This document shows positions 24,122-37,752 of a stretch of 64,000 nt of DNA, piece after piece. This DNA comes from Basidiobolus meristosporus CBS 931.73 (lineage: Eukaryota; Fungi; Basidiobolomycota): assembly GCA_002104905.1 (NCBI GenBank), contig MCFE01000048.1, positions 132,825-196,824 on the forward strand. The letters run 5' to 3'. How positions within the stretch are numbered: position 1 is the stretch's first letter; each line of letters starts with the position of its first letter. Under the pieces are notes generated by a model. It was not told where the DNA came from and ran no database searches. It was given only the letters and a program-made list of their open reading frames with translations. Made by a program: the position numbers and the translations under genes.

Positions 24122-24646
24122 TTTAGAAGTCGTCTCCGTGGCTTGAATGGCTGGACTATCTGTTGGTTCTATACATTATGCTGGGAAGCAACTTGTCAAG
24201 CTTTTCACCTACCGCTTTTTGAATAAACCATTTTTCTCTATAAGCAGCTGTCAACTAAGACCAGTCTTTGTACCTGGTGTGATGGCGTATGCTTGCTATG
24301 ACTCATCCAGTAGTCAGACTAGCTTATTTGAGACAGGCCAATAGCACCGGCAGCCAATCATAAGACCGTCGGACTCTGTCTGCTATATTCACCTTCGGTT
24401 ACATTCTGCTGCTCATCAGCCCAATGCATACATACGTAATGGTGGATTCCATAATCAGCCAGACGAAACGTTACATAGGAGGAAACCTCGTGAAATATTG
24501 ATTATGGTGTTTTATTGCCTTAATGCCCATTTATGCTGACGAAGACAAGTATGAGACAGGGGGTTGACGAGTGGCTTAGCCAAATATATAAATATTCGCA
24601 TTCCTCCTGCGAAATGACCAAGTGCTCTCTTCCCCTCTACCTAAAG

Positions 24647-25070
24647 ATGTCCGCCCAAGTCACCGTTAGTAAGTGCATTTCACAGAGGATTCTGATTCCC
24701 ATGTACTTACATCCTACTAGTTGAAGGCCGTAATTTGAAGAACAACGACTTGTTCGACAAGATTGATCCTATCTTCAAGCTATATACCGGCCATGGAATC
24801 ACCTCCAAGGAGAAGACCAGCGCCAAGAAGAATGATACCAACCCCGTCTACAACGAAACATTTACCCTCAAGTACGACAACAGCCACAGCGAACTTCACG
24901 TCGAGCTCTTGGATAGGGAGATGATGGGCCTTGATACCGATAAGGTTGGCTCTACCATTGTTTCTCTGCAAGAGGTTGCAAGTCTTGGCTCCGTTGATAG
25001 ATGGTACACCCTTCAAAACAAGCATGGAAAATCCGTTGGTGAGGTTCACTTGTTGATCAACATTGTGTAA
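24647..25070 (+). CDS. Small stand-alone C2-domain protein, copy 2
   Basis: MSAQVTV|IEGRNLKNNDLFDKIDP...NPVYNETF; intron 24669-24720 at the equivalent position. Confidence 0.87.
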
Positions 25071-26102
25071 GCCTTGTGTAAGGAGAATTGAATGGACAAT
25101 AAATCTGTATGAAATTCTCGCAGTTATTTCATGTCATATTTGTTTGCGTCACTCCCATCTCGGTATGTAAAATACGTCCTCTGCATATATATAGTTGGTA
25201 GTTGACTACGGGCACCGTACTACATGTAACATTCAAATCAAATGGGTACTGAAGTGCGAACCAATCATAAGGGTAGCCTATAATGTGTCTTCATCATTGG
25301 CGATAAAATCTACATCAAATGCCAATTAACCGAGCAACGCAAGGAACATCCTACGATGTGTACTCCGCAGACTTTTTTTAGCAAAAGTCATCAGTGGATT
25401 GACTGGTTTGACTGCTCAATGCACTAGCCTCTGTAGACCACAGATTGGGGGAAAGCATTTTGTTGGACTTCTCGGGTTTTACCTCACAGTGCGAAAGAGT
25501 TTCTTGGAATACGACTCACAACGGCAGCAACGAGGACTGAGATAGGATATACATACGTTGGATGAATACAAACCCACATTTTTTCAACTGATGTTCGAAA
25601 TCTCTATGTCTTAGTAAGAGAAAACGACAAGTACGGAACAAAGGCCACAGACTCGATAGAGCAATTTCAATCAGAGAAGGATTAGCGCTGCTGGATAAAA
25701 TGAATCACATAGTCTGTTCGATGTTTTCAAGAAGTCAGATATGCCATTTCATACTGTGGGGGTTGCCAGTAAAGCAATCTGAGTACCAACGTTAACAACC
25801 TTGTAAACAGAATTCACCATGTGTTGATTTGCAGGGAAGGCTTCAACTATGAAATCTGATACCACTCATTTCGAATCCAATTATGGAGTAACTATATAGC
25901 CAATTGTTACGGACAAAAGCAGCGGGAATTAAAGCATTATTTACAGTGTAATCACGTGATGTTATCGGGTAACTTTGGATTTCATGTCCTTACCCTTCCA
26001 CTGTCATTGGTTTTCGTGAAGTCTTATATAACAAGGGATTTTTCGCGTCCCTCAACCAGAGATCAAATACGGCTTCACCAAGTGTATCGACCAGTTCCAT
26101 CT

Positions 26103-26929
26103 ATGGACGACTTTGAGAAAGACGAAGTTCCTAAAATTGAACTTTCTTCTGAATTGTCTGATTCAGAGAGGTTTGTGTGGCTTCCGCAGATGGAAATCGC
26201 CCTTTTTCAAGCAATGGGAAGGAACAAACCGGTCGGTAAGTAACCGAAAAGAACCAGCTCCCTCTCTAAACCCTATTCGCCTCTCGATTCTTACCCATTT
26301 CCGTCGCTTATCTAACGTAGGGATTCATAAACATTTTCGAATGGCCAATATCGTACGCCTGTATAACGCAAATAGCCCAGTGAAATGTACAGCTTCAGAT
26401 ATCTGGGAGTACCTTGGTGAATTATTTAACCTAGATTTTCTTGATGAAATGGTGCGTCTCGTATTGCGCAGAAATCCTCTTTCACTCCACTACAGACAGA
26501 TAATAACCTGGCGTTTCTTTAGGAGGACGAGAGTGAGGAAGGCTACTATTATAACGGAATACCCGATCCCTTTGCGGAGAATGAGTTCTCACTTGATTCC
26601 TTTGAGTTTACTGATCCACCACCTGAAGAGGTAAAGCCTGAGCCTGAGATCATGGAAAAGGAGAGCTCGCCTACCCCCTCTTCGGCAGAAACCTCCGCCG
26701 TCTCCACTCCGGAGCCAGAAGGTAACTATAGAATTTTACACATATATCCCCACTCCCCCTGACCCAACCGAACGCTCATTTTAATGCAAACCAAGGGCTA
26801 GTCAAGCGTAATCGGCGAAGAACCCGATCCGACTCGAAGCCTTCTACACCAAACGTGTCCACCCGAAGACGAACCCGTGCTGCGTCCCCGGTTTCGACGA
26901 GAATTACTCGAGCCTCGGCAAAGAGATAA
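26103..26929 (+). CDS. EAF7: NuA4 subunit Eaf7 / MRGBP, 4 exons
   Basis: WLPQMEIALFQAMGRNKPVG|IHKHFRM...IWEYLGELFNLDFLDEM then EFSL; introns 26236-26320, 26452-26522 and 26722-26801. Confidence 0.85.
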
Positions 26930-28091
26930 ATTTATTTGTATAGAGTAGCATAGATATTGTACAGCATACCGAGGCGTATTATTTAATTTCAATCCCTGCT
27001 ATCAACTTGACATGTATCAACTTCAATAAATCTGCTCATGCAGTGATCACGTGCTGTTACCTCCGAATAACTTTGCTTAAGGCGACTGCTATATCAGGAC
27101 CAGCTGTGTTAGTCGGGTCAGTTGCCAGTGGTCTCTTGTACTCTTTGCAAGAACTTCCTGAGTATACTCCATCCCACTATAGTCAGTAATACCCTAGACT
27201 GAAGTTCTATTCTGCGGATAGGTTTTTGTATCCACGCACATTGCGAGAGTTTAGAGGTTCACTCCGTCGTTGAGGACTGTTCAAAGGTAATGTATTAGCC
27301 ACGGGAGATAGACCCCATTGCTGGACAATAGCAGCACTATCATTGTGGCCAACCGCCCTTTTATTACGTATGATATTATGGATTCCCTTGAATCATTCAA
27401 GGAACCGAGATTGTATACGGTTGTAGTATTCAACTCCCCTCTGGCTGGAACTCCACTTGCCAACCAATCACACAGAATAGCATAAGAATACCAATATGTT
27501 TGATATGGAAATGGAATAGAGGCAGTTTCGATTGTCATAGTAGCTCTGGCCATATTTAACTTCAATCATTACATCATTCAAAGTCAAGCTTTATAGAATA
27601 TAGCTTCACCGTCATGTTTACTACGTGGTGAATCACATGCAGCGTAGTCATCACGATGAGCTGGAAACTTCGATCAACCACTTCACCGCCTCAATCTTCG
27701 GACTCACCTTTACCTATCACCATTTGGTTTGTTTCATCTTGGCATCATTCATGTAATGATTTCCCGCTAGCAAAGCTTGGAATTCTGTTTGGCCCTCAGC
27801 ATATTCTCATTCGATGATCTTGACCGAAACTTCGCTACCATGATGGAAACATCTCGAATATCACGTGATTAGCATACCGCAATCCAAACCACTGCTCCCT
27901 ATAGAAATAATTACGAGAAATAGCTAATCTATGTTGGGCCCAACTGGTAGAAAATCAGAAAGCGCTCGGACTTTCTTATGGCCGACGACGTGTTCACAAG
28001 TTGACCAATCTAACTATGCTTGGCAACCGGATATAAAGCGGGGTTAGGTAGATGAGGTTTCCCAGTTCTCTCAATTATCATCATCATCACC

Positions 28092-29165
28092 ATGTCTAGT
28101 AAAGGACCTTTACCCTCAGGGTGGGAAGAAATGTTCACGCCAGAAGGGCGACCTTACTGTAAGTGGTTCTTCATCTTGGCTATGTCTGGATTACTGCCAG
28201 ATATCAACTAAACTTGCTTTGGTTTTCTAGATGTTGACCACAACCGCCAGATCAGCACTTGGGTGGACCCCAGAAACGAAAGTCATGATTCCCCTCCACC
28301 ATACAACCCGGTCGATTCACAAGCATCTCAGGCCTCCATGCCAATGCCCTCACCTGCGGGCGCACCCGCTCGTCCTGAGCTTCCACAGCGTCAAGCCGAG
28401 TTCAGTGACCAAAAATCCCCCTACCCACCAAACAACGCGCCATATAACCAAAATGGCAATCGCAATCCTTCAGCCTCTCCTCCCCTTGCAGCCCGCTCGT
28501 ATAACTCTTCAAACCCATCATATGGTGGACCACCACAAAACAATTTCTACAGCCAGCCTCCGCAAAACTCATATGGGCCACCACCACAAAATGGATCATA
28601 CGGCCAACCATCGCAAAGCCCATACGGCGGCCCACCTGCTCAACAAAGCCCCTATGGTCAACCTCCTCAAAACCCTTATGGTCAACCTCCTCAAAATCTT
28701 TACGGACCACCACCACAAAACTCACCCTACGGTGCTCCACCGAACGCTGGCTATCGACCAGCACAGAGTCCATACAACGCTCCACCACAAAATGCCTCTT
28801 ACTTGAACCCGCCTCCTCAAAACGCCGGTGGTTACAGCGGTTACGCGCCCAGCAGCACATACTCCGCCCCGTCACCTGTTCAGCAGTCAGCCTCGAAACC
28901 CGCAGCAACAGGTATGGGGAGTAAGATCCTCTCCAACAAGAAATTGCTGGGTGGGATTGCCGGGGGCGCATTGGCTGGCCTTGTAGTGGGAGATCTGATC
29001 TCTGACGAGCGACATCGCGACTATGGATACGGAGGCTTTGGAGATGGATATTACGGCGGGGGCGAAACGGTCATAGTGAACGAGAACGATACATTCGTTG
29101 ATGATGGTTTCGGAGGGGGATTCGACGATTTTGGTGGAGGGGGATTCGATGATGACTTCTTCTAA
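28092..29165 (+). CDS. WWM1: WW-domain protein, Wwm1-like
   Basis: LPSGWEEMFTPEGRPY|YVDHNRQISTWVDPR (intron 28159-28230), YGxPPQN repeats, GGIAGGALAGL segment and acidic GGFDD tail, as in yeast Wwm1. Confidence 0.75.
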
Positions 29166-30404
29166 CCGCGCTCTCAGATATCCTCAAACGTCTCTTCCCT
29201 ATCCGACCAGTGTAATCTCATAGAGTAATAATGAAAAAGCAATGCCTGTAATTAGTTAGCGTGTTCAATAAATCATGGCGTTTTATTAATGCTTCTGCTG
29301 CACAATGCATACGTGGTACAATTTGCTGGTCATGTCGCCTCGTCAGAGATCTTTTGAACATATTTACCAAGGTTGAAGTCGATCCTCCCGATATACTTTT
29401 GCTCCCCTGCGAAAATCCAAGGGGATGACGTCACGCCTCCCACCTTGTTGGTTATTGAAGCATAACCCTGTCCACATAAAACGACTGTATAACCACATAA
29501 TCCAAACACTCGGAGCTCTGTTCTTTTTCTACCTCGTTGAAGTCCATTGGGAAAGTGAACATGGAATCCTTCAAGAACTGTCAAAAGTTGAGCATGGAAT
29601 GTGTGGCTGCTACATATCTCCACATCAATGTATTGGACTAATGCAAATGCCAACATATGCCAACCGTCTAGTTTATGCAGTTTTACCGGAATCGGGCTTT
29701 ACTCACTTCAACAAAGTCCCATGCATGCATTCAAGGGGTTCCACATTCTTATCAAGCAGATGAATAATCAAACCAGCCTAGTGACCGAACTGTGTGTATG
29801 CGCATTTGCAGATATCTCAAGCATCAAGCCCGGGAATCCAGCAATGCCGAATCCAGCGTCTAGACTAGCCAGCATCAGCAATCAGGCAAATCAACACTCA
29901 GTCTTCAGAGCAGTTTTAGGTGGGGTTTCTGCACCAGATAAATTCCGAGGCGCATGTGTTACAGAGAATAAATGGATGATAGATGTGGGCATCGAAATGG
30001 AAATCATAGTCATCAACCGTCATACTTGATATGGATTTCTTCATTGTGACATCAATCTATCACAACAGGAAGGCAGTAGCAACAAGCTACATTGATGTAC
30101 ATCAGCTGACTAACCAATTCATTTGTACATTGATGTAAAGAATAGAGGTCGGTGACCTTACCAGTCATCATCATTAGCAATTTAATTTCGTAATTCAGGT
30201 AACGTTGATCTATTACCATTATAACTGTAGGTTGAGTTGTGTGTATAGGAGATGTATCTCTAGATTGATCTATGCTTCAAAAATACTTTGGATTCCTCAC
30301 CCAATAGTGATCAGATAGAGCAGATCAATCTGTCATGCACAAGCCCCAGGAAAAATCTCAAACTTGTTTTTACTCATTTGCTGCTGGTAGTCCAGCCTTT
30401 TTAA

Positions 30405-30747
30405 TGTTGTAAGAGTTTTGGAGATATTGGAAGTGATTGGGAGAACAGGTAGATTAGGTGGTTTTCACCTAATGATTTATCGAATGTGGAAGTAGTATTT
30501 AGACTTTTACATGGTCTTGGCAAAACAATCACGTGGAATATGTTTAGGAAGATCCCAAGAGCATGTGCGCAAAGTTTGGGGCAGGTTGGACAACTTGGAA
30601 TATTTTCACCAAAATAACTGGTACCCAGGACATGAAAAATTGTTAAGTAAATCCCGACAAGGAATTTGGCCAGAATTCTCAAAGATTTGTAGACTATGGT
30701 CTAAGCAACTAAGTGAATATTTAGGTGTAATTACGAAATCTCCAACA
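30405..30747 (-). mobile_element. Copia solo LTR (diverged relative of the 3326 LTR)
   Basis: Reverse-complement similarity along the whole LTR; TG...CA ends; TSD TTTAA at 30400-30404 and 30748-30752. Confidence 0.92.
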
Positions 30748-31759
30748 TTTAATATGGCCTCCTGATGGTATCTCACCCCTCCCACAACTATAAGCTTTGT
30801 ATTGCACAGGTCTTGAGCAAAAGATGATACATAGCCACTGGTTTTTTCTCGAGAGTGTGGGGGAGGGTCTGTATATTTCATATTGCTCCTAGCCTTGACT
30901 TTTGAATGTCGGAAGTTTGAGAATTGGATTTTTGTTAGTGATCATATGGTGCATCAGAAATTTGTATTAGGTAAATAGGTGTTTATAAAATCTAGAACCC
31001 CATCAATAGAGGGCTGATTGACTACTGCCAGCAGATTCGATGCAACATATCTTACATTTGTACGCAGACACAAATCCACAGGAAAAGGCAGTGAAGAGTA
31101 TGTTACCAAATACCAGTCCACGATTAGTTATTCCCTTTCCAAAGCCGTCATTTCGGCTTTTGGAGCCATTCAAGCGAAGGACTCCTATAATTGTTAGCTG
31201 GCGCATACACATACCCATGGCGTGAGGGCCAACATACCGTTTTTTCAGTGATCATAGCAAATTTTGAGGAGCCGTTGGATTGAAGCTGATCTGTAGCCAT
31301 AGAAGGGGTCGGAGCTGCTCAAGATTAAACCTACCGGGATCTGTTGAGTAACATCCTTGCTCGATATATCCCTTCTATTCTAATTGTTCAGTGAGCCTTG
31401 ACTTACGACTTGCACGCACGTGATTGCTCACCCCGTTTCTTCAGATACGTTGTCCCCGGCTCCGAATAATCTCAGCTTTGGCAAAATGTCTCAGAGAATC
31501 GATTAGCAACAATTCCTCTAGCGAGCGCAACACAAAGTATAATAGTATTTGCCAGTACTCGGTTTGTTTCTCAGATTTGGTGTGCGGCTTTAACTGGGTT
31601 GATTGCACATCGGCTCCGTGATTTGATCTTTATGCTCCCTGCCCACGCTCACTGGCTGCTCAGATATATTAAAATTCAGTAGGCCAAACTAAATACTACC
31701 CAGCATAGGATATATGGGTGTCTTGAAAACTGAATATAATCTCCTTTTGGCGTTTCCTT

Positions 31760-32270
31760 CCCGATGAGGGATCTATTTACCCGCGCTCCATATGAATCCC
31801 GGTGATCAATTGCTCTGGTATAGAATGCAACCCCAAACCGCTATCAGCCTTGCACGCGGTTTGCGAGGCGTAAATGTAGGAATCCAAACGTATATTGCTG
31901 GTCCAACATCCTTTCGTAAAGCTCACCTGCTGCAAAGACCGCGTCTAAATCGTCAGCCTTCTCTCACTGCTTTGCTGCCATGCAACATACAGAGGCTGTC
32001 CGCCTTCTCTTTGAACAAGACATCTCTCTGATGCGAAATAGATCCCCCCATTGCCTAGATTGGAATAGAAAGTGTCTTCATTGCGGGCTCAAATTCTCCT
32101 GATCTAAGCCAGCAAAGAACTGCTACCACTGCTCCCTCGCCCTCAAATTGATTCCGGTACATGTCTGCAGTGCTGTATGCCATGGAATCCACTCACAACG
32201 AGCGATTGCTTCGCCAAGCGAATTTGAGAACAAATTGCTGTGTATCGTGGAGATCGTGAAAGAACATCCG
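31760..32270 (-). pseudogene. Possible decayed fungal (FunK1-like) kinase fragment
   Basis: Stop-riddled frame with FVLKFAWRS and IDHRD. Weak resemblance only. Confidence 0.18.
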
Positions 32271-33018
32271 ATGTGTGTACAGTACTATCTGGGTGGACAC
32301 ACATATAGGTAATACCATCAAGGCATTATGATGTGGATCATTTATCATCCTCATCATCCAGCGAAGTGGCACAATATATAGATGAAGCCATCACTGCTTT
32401 TGAAAAGGGATTATTCCCCTCAAATCACAAACCGAAATCAAAAGCAGCCTCTGAGTGCATGCATTGTCTTGGCAGAGCTTTAATATGGCTGTATTAAGAA
32501 TCCTCTGGGTATATGATGGGCTGACTCTGCTGAAGACAGTTTTGACACAGTGTTTACATATTAGCTTATAGCCAAGCCACACTCGGAACCTTGAACCCTC
32601 GGAGATTAGCTGCAATTGGGAAAGCAGGAAGTTTAAGTGAGTTTTTGCTTGTAGCGAATAACTCCCCTGGATCTGGGTGAAATTAAGTTTGGATGCACCA
32701 CATGAATCCCGAAATCCCCCATTTTCTTAATCAATTTCGCTATTTATATCTTCGTTTATCATCCATTCAATTCAAGGCGATTTGATGAGCCTTTCCTTTT
32801 TTAGATCGCTGGCGACTTCTTGTCCCAGCCGTTTGGGGAAGGGCTGGTGGGCAAATTATAAGAAGTACGCTGGACTGAAATCGGTGTTGGTTCAACTGCT
32901 CTTTTGCTGCATTGGTTTGCTGTGTAGTTCTTCTGGTTTTCGAATCGACCTTTCGCCCTGTTGTCGTGATTTTTGTCGACTCCTTATCCGGTTTGTTGCA
33001 TTTTTTGTTGTAAACATT

Positions 33019-33609
33019 ATGAATTGCGATTTCGGGTCAACACTTCCTGCACAAAATTATTACACCTGGTTTCGCTCCTCCTTCTTTATCAGCACCGACC
33101 CTCGTCGACTGGATCTCTCTTTCATATACAATCTCGTTGTCAGAACCAACTCTAGCAACTCGACTCTTTCCTTCCAAGATTTTAAACGTGTGCTAGAGCA
33201 TTCGCTCTGCTTCGGCCTTTATATTTTAACCCCCACCTCCTCGCCAGATGACGGCAACCCAGAGTCCAAGTATACTGCCCGACAAATTGGATTTGCCCGG
33301 GTTGTAACTGACCATATACGACTTGCTTATTTGTGCAACCTGAGTATTGTCGAGGAATACAAGGGACTGCACGAGTGGATGTTTGACTGTGTCTTGAGTT
33401 TTCCTGAAGTTCCAAAGGTGAAATGGATCGTAAGAACCACCGACCTCAACCATCCTATTTCCTTCTTTGCTCCTCCGAGCCCGCCGCATACCAACGATGA
33501 CACTGCTTCTCGCAAGCACAGATCCGAAGGTACTCCCGACTTGGTATGCACCCGTAAACGAAAGCAATTGACTAGCTCTACTGCGTTGTCCGTGGATACA
33601 TGTTTATAA
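33019..33609 (+). CDS. GNAT-family acetyltransferase
   Basis: FISTDPRRLDL, LEHSLCFGLY, QIGFARVVTD, AYLCNL. Start taken as ATG 33019. Confidence 0.8.
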   Translation: MNCDFGSTLPAQNYYTWFRSSFFISTDPRRLDLSFIYNLVVRTNSSNSTLSFQDFKRVLEHSLCFGLYILTPTSSPDDGNPESKYTARQIGFARVVTDHIRLAYLCNLSIVEEYKGLHEWMFDCVLSFPEVPKVKWIVRTTDLNHPISFFAPPSPPHTNDDTASRKHRSEGTPDLVCTRKRKQLTSSTALSVDTCL

Positions 33610-34077
33610 GATTTTTGACGTTTTTCTTACTGTTTCACATTGTACTCTTTACCTCCACACTACATAGAACAACCCCGCCAAAAACGAAGCATCCTAATCT
33701 TAATACTCGCACCCACTATACCTGTCAACCATACTACTTGTCCTTGGATATCGCCTGTATACTAGACTATCATGAATGCATTTCTCCGAAAGCACCGAAC
33801 CCAAAGTAATTCCCCCCGTTTATCCTTCAATACATACACCCCGATGTAAGCTTGAGATAATTAGGCTCTTTCTGGAATAATATCAGATTTTTTTGCTCAA
33901 CCGGCAGCCACCATTTCATATCACTCCTTGTCCACTTTTGGGCTGCAGCCCAGGCTCGTTCAAAAGAAGTCGCGCCAGGTCGTGTCTATTGATGGCAACT
34001 CCAATTTTTCACAGTACCACATTGTTACCAACGCAGAAGCCGCCGAGATGCCTAGGCAGAGTTTATTTCAGCATGAA

Positions 34078-34101
34078 ATATATATATATATATATATATA
34101 T
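34078..34101. repeat. (AT)12 microsatellite
   Basis: Direct reading of the sequence. Confidence 0.9.
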
Positions 34102-34124
34102 GGAAGGCGGGTGGGCCAGTTCAT

Positions 34125-35624
34125 TTAGTTGATTTTATTTGGACCGTGGCGTTCACACTCCTTGGCCCGAAGAGCAAACTTCTGGATTTTCCCGGTACTG
34201 GTCTTGGAGAAATCCTGGACCACCTCCACTGGATATTTGTACCCGGCCATGGATTTCTTACAGAACGAGATAGTTTCATCTTCAGTGACCTGTGCCTCAT
34301 CACACACTCGGAGAGACGCCCTGGGTCTCTCCCCCATTTCTCATCAGGTATGGCCACCACAGCAATGTCGAGCGCTGCTGGATGCTCGTTGATCTGTTCC
34401 ACCTCGATTGTAGCTCGCGTGTTCTCGCCTCCGCTGATGATGTCTTTCCTGCAATCTCTCAGCTGGATGTAGCCATCTGTATGGCGCAATGTCCCCCAAG
34501 TGGAACTAACCTCCTTTGAATGCTTCCTCGGTGGCGGCTGGATCATTGTAGCAGCCCTTCATTACCATTGCTCCATGCGTTACAACTTCACCCGGAGTTT
34601 GGTCGTCGAAAGGAACATCCTTCATGTTCGAATCCACCACTCACGCTCTTTCCGAGGCACAGTAGCCGTGTCCCTGGCGGGCCAATACTATGGCCTGCTC
34701 ATGCTCAGTTAATGACTTCCATTCTGGCTTCCAGCGTGATACCACTGAGGGGCCGTAAGTCTCGGTCGATTCGCACATATGCACGGGTATGAGATTCAGC
34801 AGTTTCACCCTACCAATGAGGTTGGACGAAGGCGGAGAGCCGCGGACCATAGCTTTGGTAGCCTGCAAGCTAGCGGATAGCTTTCCATAGATATATGAAC
34901 CGTCCGCGCGCCATTGTAATAGGTTGCTTTGTGGTCTACCAACACCTTCCGTATGTAGCTGTAGTCGATCTTTTTCACCATCACATTAGTCCTGCCGATT
35001 ACAGCCATCGCCCATGGGAAAATCCACTCGTTACAGTGGAACAGCGGCAGTGCGCACATCATGGCCGATTCAGAGGTCAACTCCGCTTCAATGAAATTCC
35101 CTAACGCGCCGATATACACCCCACGATATGTTAGCATCATCTGGTGGTGATACCAATGTGTCATTTTCATTGCCCAACAGGCTCAGCTCCTTCCAACCAC
35201 AGTTCGAAGAACGACCCTTCGCCAGAAACTGCTCGTAAGGATCGCTGCTGTGCACCCGGATATTCCTCAGTGGATCCGCCAGGTGGGCAACCAGATCGTA
35301 AGATTCATAGTCAACAAACCGCAGCTTGCTTCCGGAACGATCCAGGATGTATTCGATCTCGCTGGCCTTCAAGCGGTAATTGATCGCCTCAATGATTGCT
35401 CGCAAGCAGGGCACTCCAAAATACCCCTCGAACAGTGCAGGAATGTTTGGCGATATACAAGCCACTCTATCCCCCGGCTGAGCCCCCTCTGCGCGTAACG
35501 CATAGCCCAGACAATGAACCCTCTCGAGAAATTCGGTGTATGTGTAGATCAGCTCATCCATCTTCACGGCAACCTTGTCGGGAAATAAGTTCGAACTACG
35601 TTGAAGAAAGTAGACCAGGTTCAT
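34125..35624 (-). pseudogene. AMP-dependent acyl-CoA synthetase pseudogene, intronless
   Basis: GDRVACISPN, INYRL, TETYGP, ARQG, GEVV...VMKG, KDIISGGEN and KTSTGKIQK spread over several frames; in-frame stops; P-loop eroded. Confidence 0.85.
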
Positions 35625-37752
35625 CTGGGATCTGTTGGCTTCGTGGTGCCTGTCGCAAGAGATCACTATCAGATGCACGAAGAGACTAGAGGGTTGAGCG
35701 GTGAATCAGGTTGTCAATGGAAGAGGATTACCGTCGCTAGCATTATTGGGCTTGGCTAGCTCTCCGACACCAGTACCCAGAGTATTGCGGAGGTTCTCAA
35801 GGCGACGGGGAGCGGTGGCTACTTGATTATTTGTGCCAACGGTGCCAGATATGGTGGAGTGTTCACGAGATAGGGAAAGTTCAGAAATGCAGTAGTTGAT
35901 GTTATGAGGACCGTACATTTTTAAACCAAATCCTGGGAGTGCTTCGATGGTGGTGAGCGAAAAGCGTAGCCAGGTGGCAGATGTCGATATCATTGGAGCT
36001 AAAATAGCTGGCCTCGGACTGAGATTTCGATGACCCGGAAGTGTAGTGGAAAAGTACCATGCAAGAAACAGTGCATTGCTTGGGATTGTTTGTGCGAATG
36101 ATACCCTGTCCCCACACCATCTGATCTAGTAAGGGAGACCACCCACTGTAGCCCTATCCGGTGCATATCCAGCCCATCCACACCGCTGGATGGGATATCT
36201 CACAGACCTGTCCAGTGCTATACACTCCCTAGCCAGAGCCTATTAGTTGGATTATTGATTCAACATCACGAGGTCACGAAGTGTGGTGAACGAATGGTGA
36301 ATCACAAGATGACCCGAAATCAGGTTCGTTGCGAAAACAGCTGATGACCCAGTCGATCAAGAATACCGCCAATGCTAACATCGAGGATGGTTCATACTGA
36401 GCAGCTGAGGATTTATTTCATCCCAGCATTCTCAACCACATCCTATTCATACCGCATCGTCCACCATTCGGTTTTCATCCCCTACGCTACCAACACATTT
36501 CCTATTTTACATATTGGCGGAGATCCAGATCCTCAGAAGAGATGATTCCCATTCCCATTTCGACGCTGCAAAGAGTACGACTTGATTCAGGTGGCTTTGG
36601 AATAGGCTGTAAACCAATGGTGGAACTCATCTTAGAGTGGTTGTATAAATAGGAATCGATATAGATTTAATGTAACTCTAGATCCACTCGAAAACTCTTG
36701 GATCTCGATGGTCTTATCTTCCAAATCAATCCATCTTGAGTATGGCACTTCGAACCGGTATTTGACCAAATGCACACCCATCTGTGGGTTCATTGGCGTG
36801 GTTTAGGGGCCTATTAGCAGCGTTGGTTGCTTTGACCAGCAGTCCAATTCACTTCATTGGATGGTCGCCTATCTACTCCATGGAAAATCAGGACCAGCGC
36901 AGCCTTCAGGCGATTCTGGCTGGTGTTTGGTGCAGAGTGGAGCGTAGGTGTTCCCTGACTCGAAGGTTGATGCGTGTTGATTAGCTTCATCAATTGCGGT
37001 TCCAGCCGCTACCTAAACCACTCATCAACACAGTGTGCAAGGGATCAGATACTGGAGTCCATTTGTTTGCACATGAAATCCATCAAGGCAAAGCATCTCT
37101 GGATATGCAGGTCTGGCCAGACACCGGCTCATGGAAATAAATCTTATCTGAAGGCTAGCCATCAATCACATCTATTTTCAGCATCGTCGAGCCAGCGTAT
37201 ATAGCACTGTACTTCCAACTTTTCATATGTGGGCAGAGCTGTTGTCCACGAATCAGATCTGTCGCATGCCTCACCATCGTCAATGACATAGTTTTGGTTA
37301 TTTTTAACATCTTCGTTTGTCGCCTTTTCTGGAAGGTGGAAATCACCTAATCCTCTCCAACCAGCGCCCACCAATCGCACAAGCATTTAGGCCATCCTCT
37401 CATTTACCAGGAGAGGCAGATGTATCGTTGATGTTGAATTTCATCAATATCAATCTACCAAGCAATGTTAGATTGGCCGATTAATTAAAATGACATCTCT
37501 CATGGCAGTCCTTTTGGCGTGGATACTCCCCTACCATACGTCGAAAACTAAAGAGCGCCAACGATCAGCATGTCAAACGTGCGATAATGAATACTGCCCA
37601 CTCAATCGTACGCTAAAGAATAAATGCCTGTGCACCATATAAGGTAAATAGCATCTACGCAGCTTAGAAGCTCCAGTATATATACCATACGCGCTTCAGA
37701 ACTGAGCATTAAAAGTTTTGGAAAAATCCTATTGCGGCCAATTTAACATCTA

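Noticed and set aside
25865-25885. TTCGAATCC T-loop-like motif suggesting a tRNA
   Set aside because: No acceptor, D or anticodon stems could be built around it.
27281-27565. 94-aa minus-strand ORF between EAF7 and the WW gene
   Set aside because: No recognisable domain, no ATG start and no convincing splice partners.
36120-37700. Short ORFs upstream of the deacetylase cluster
   Set aside because: No consistent frame or family resemblance found by eye.
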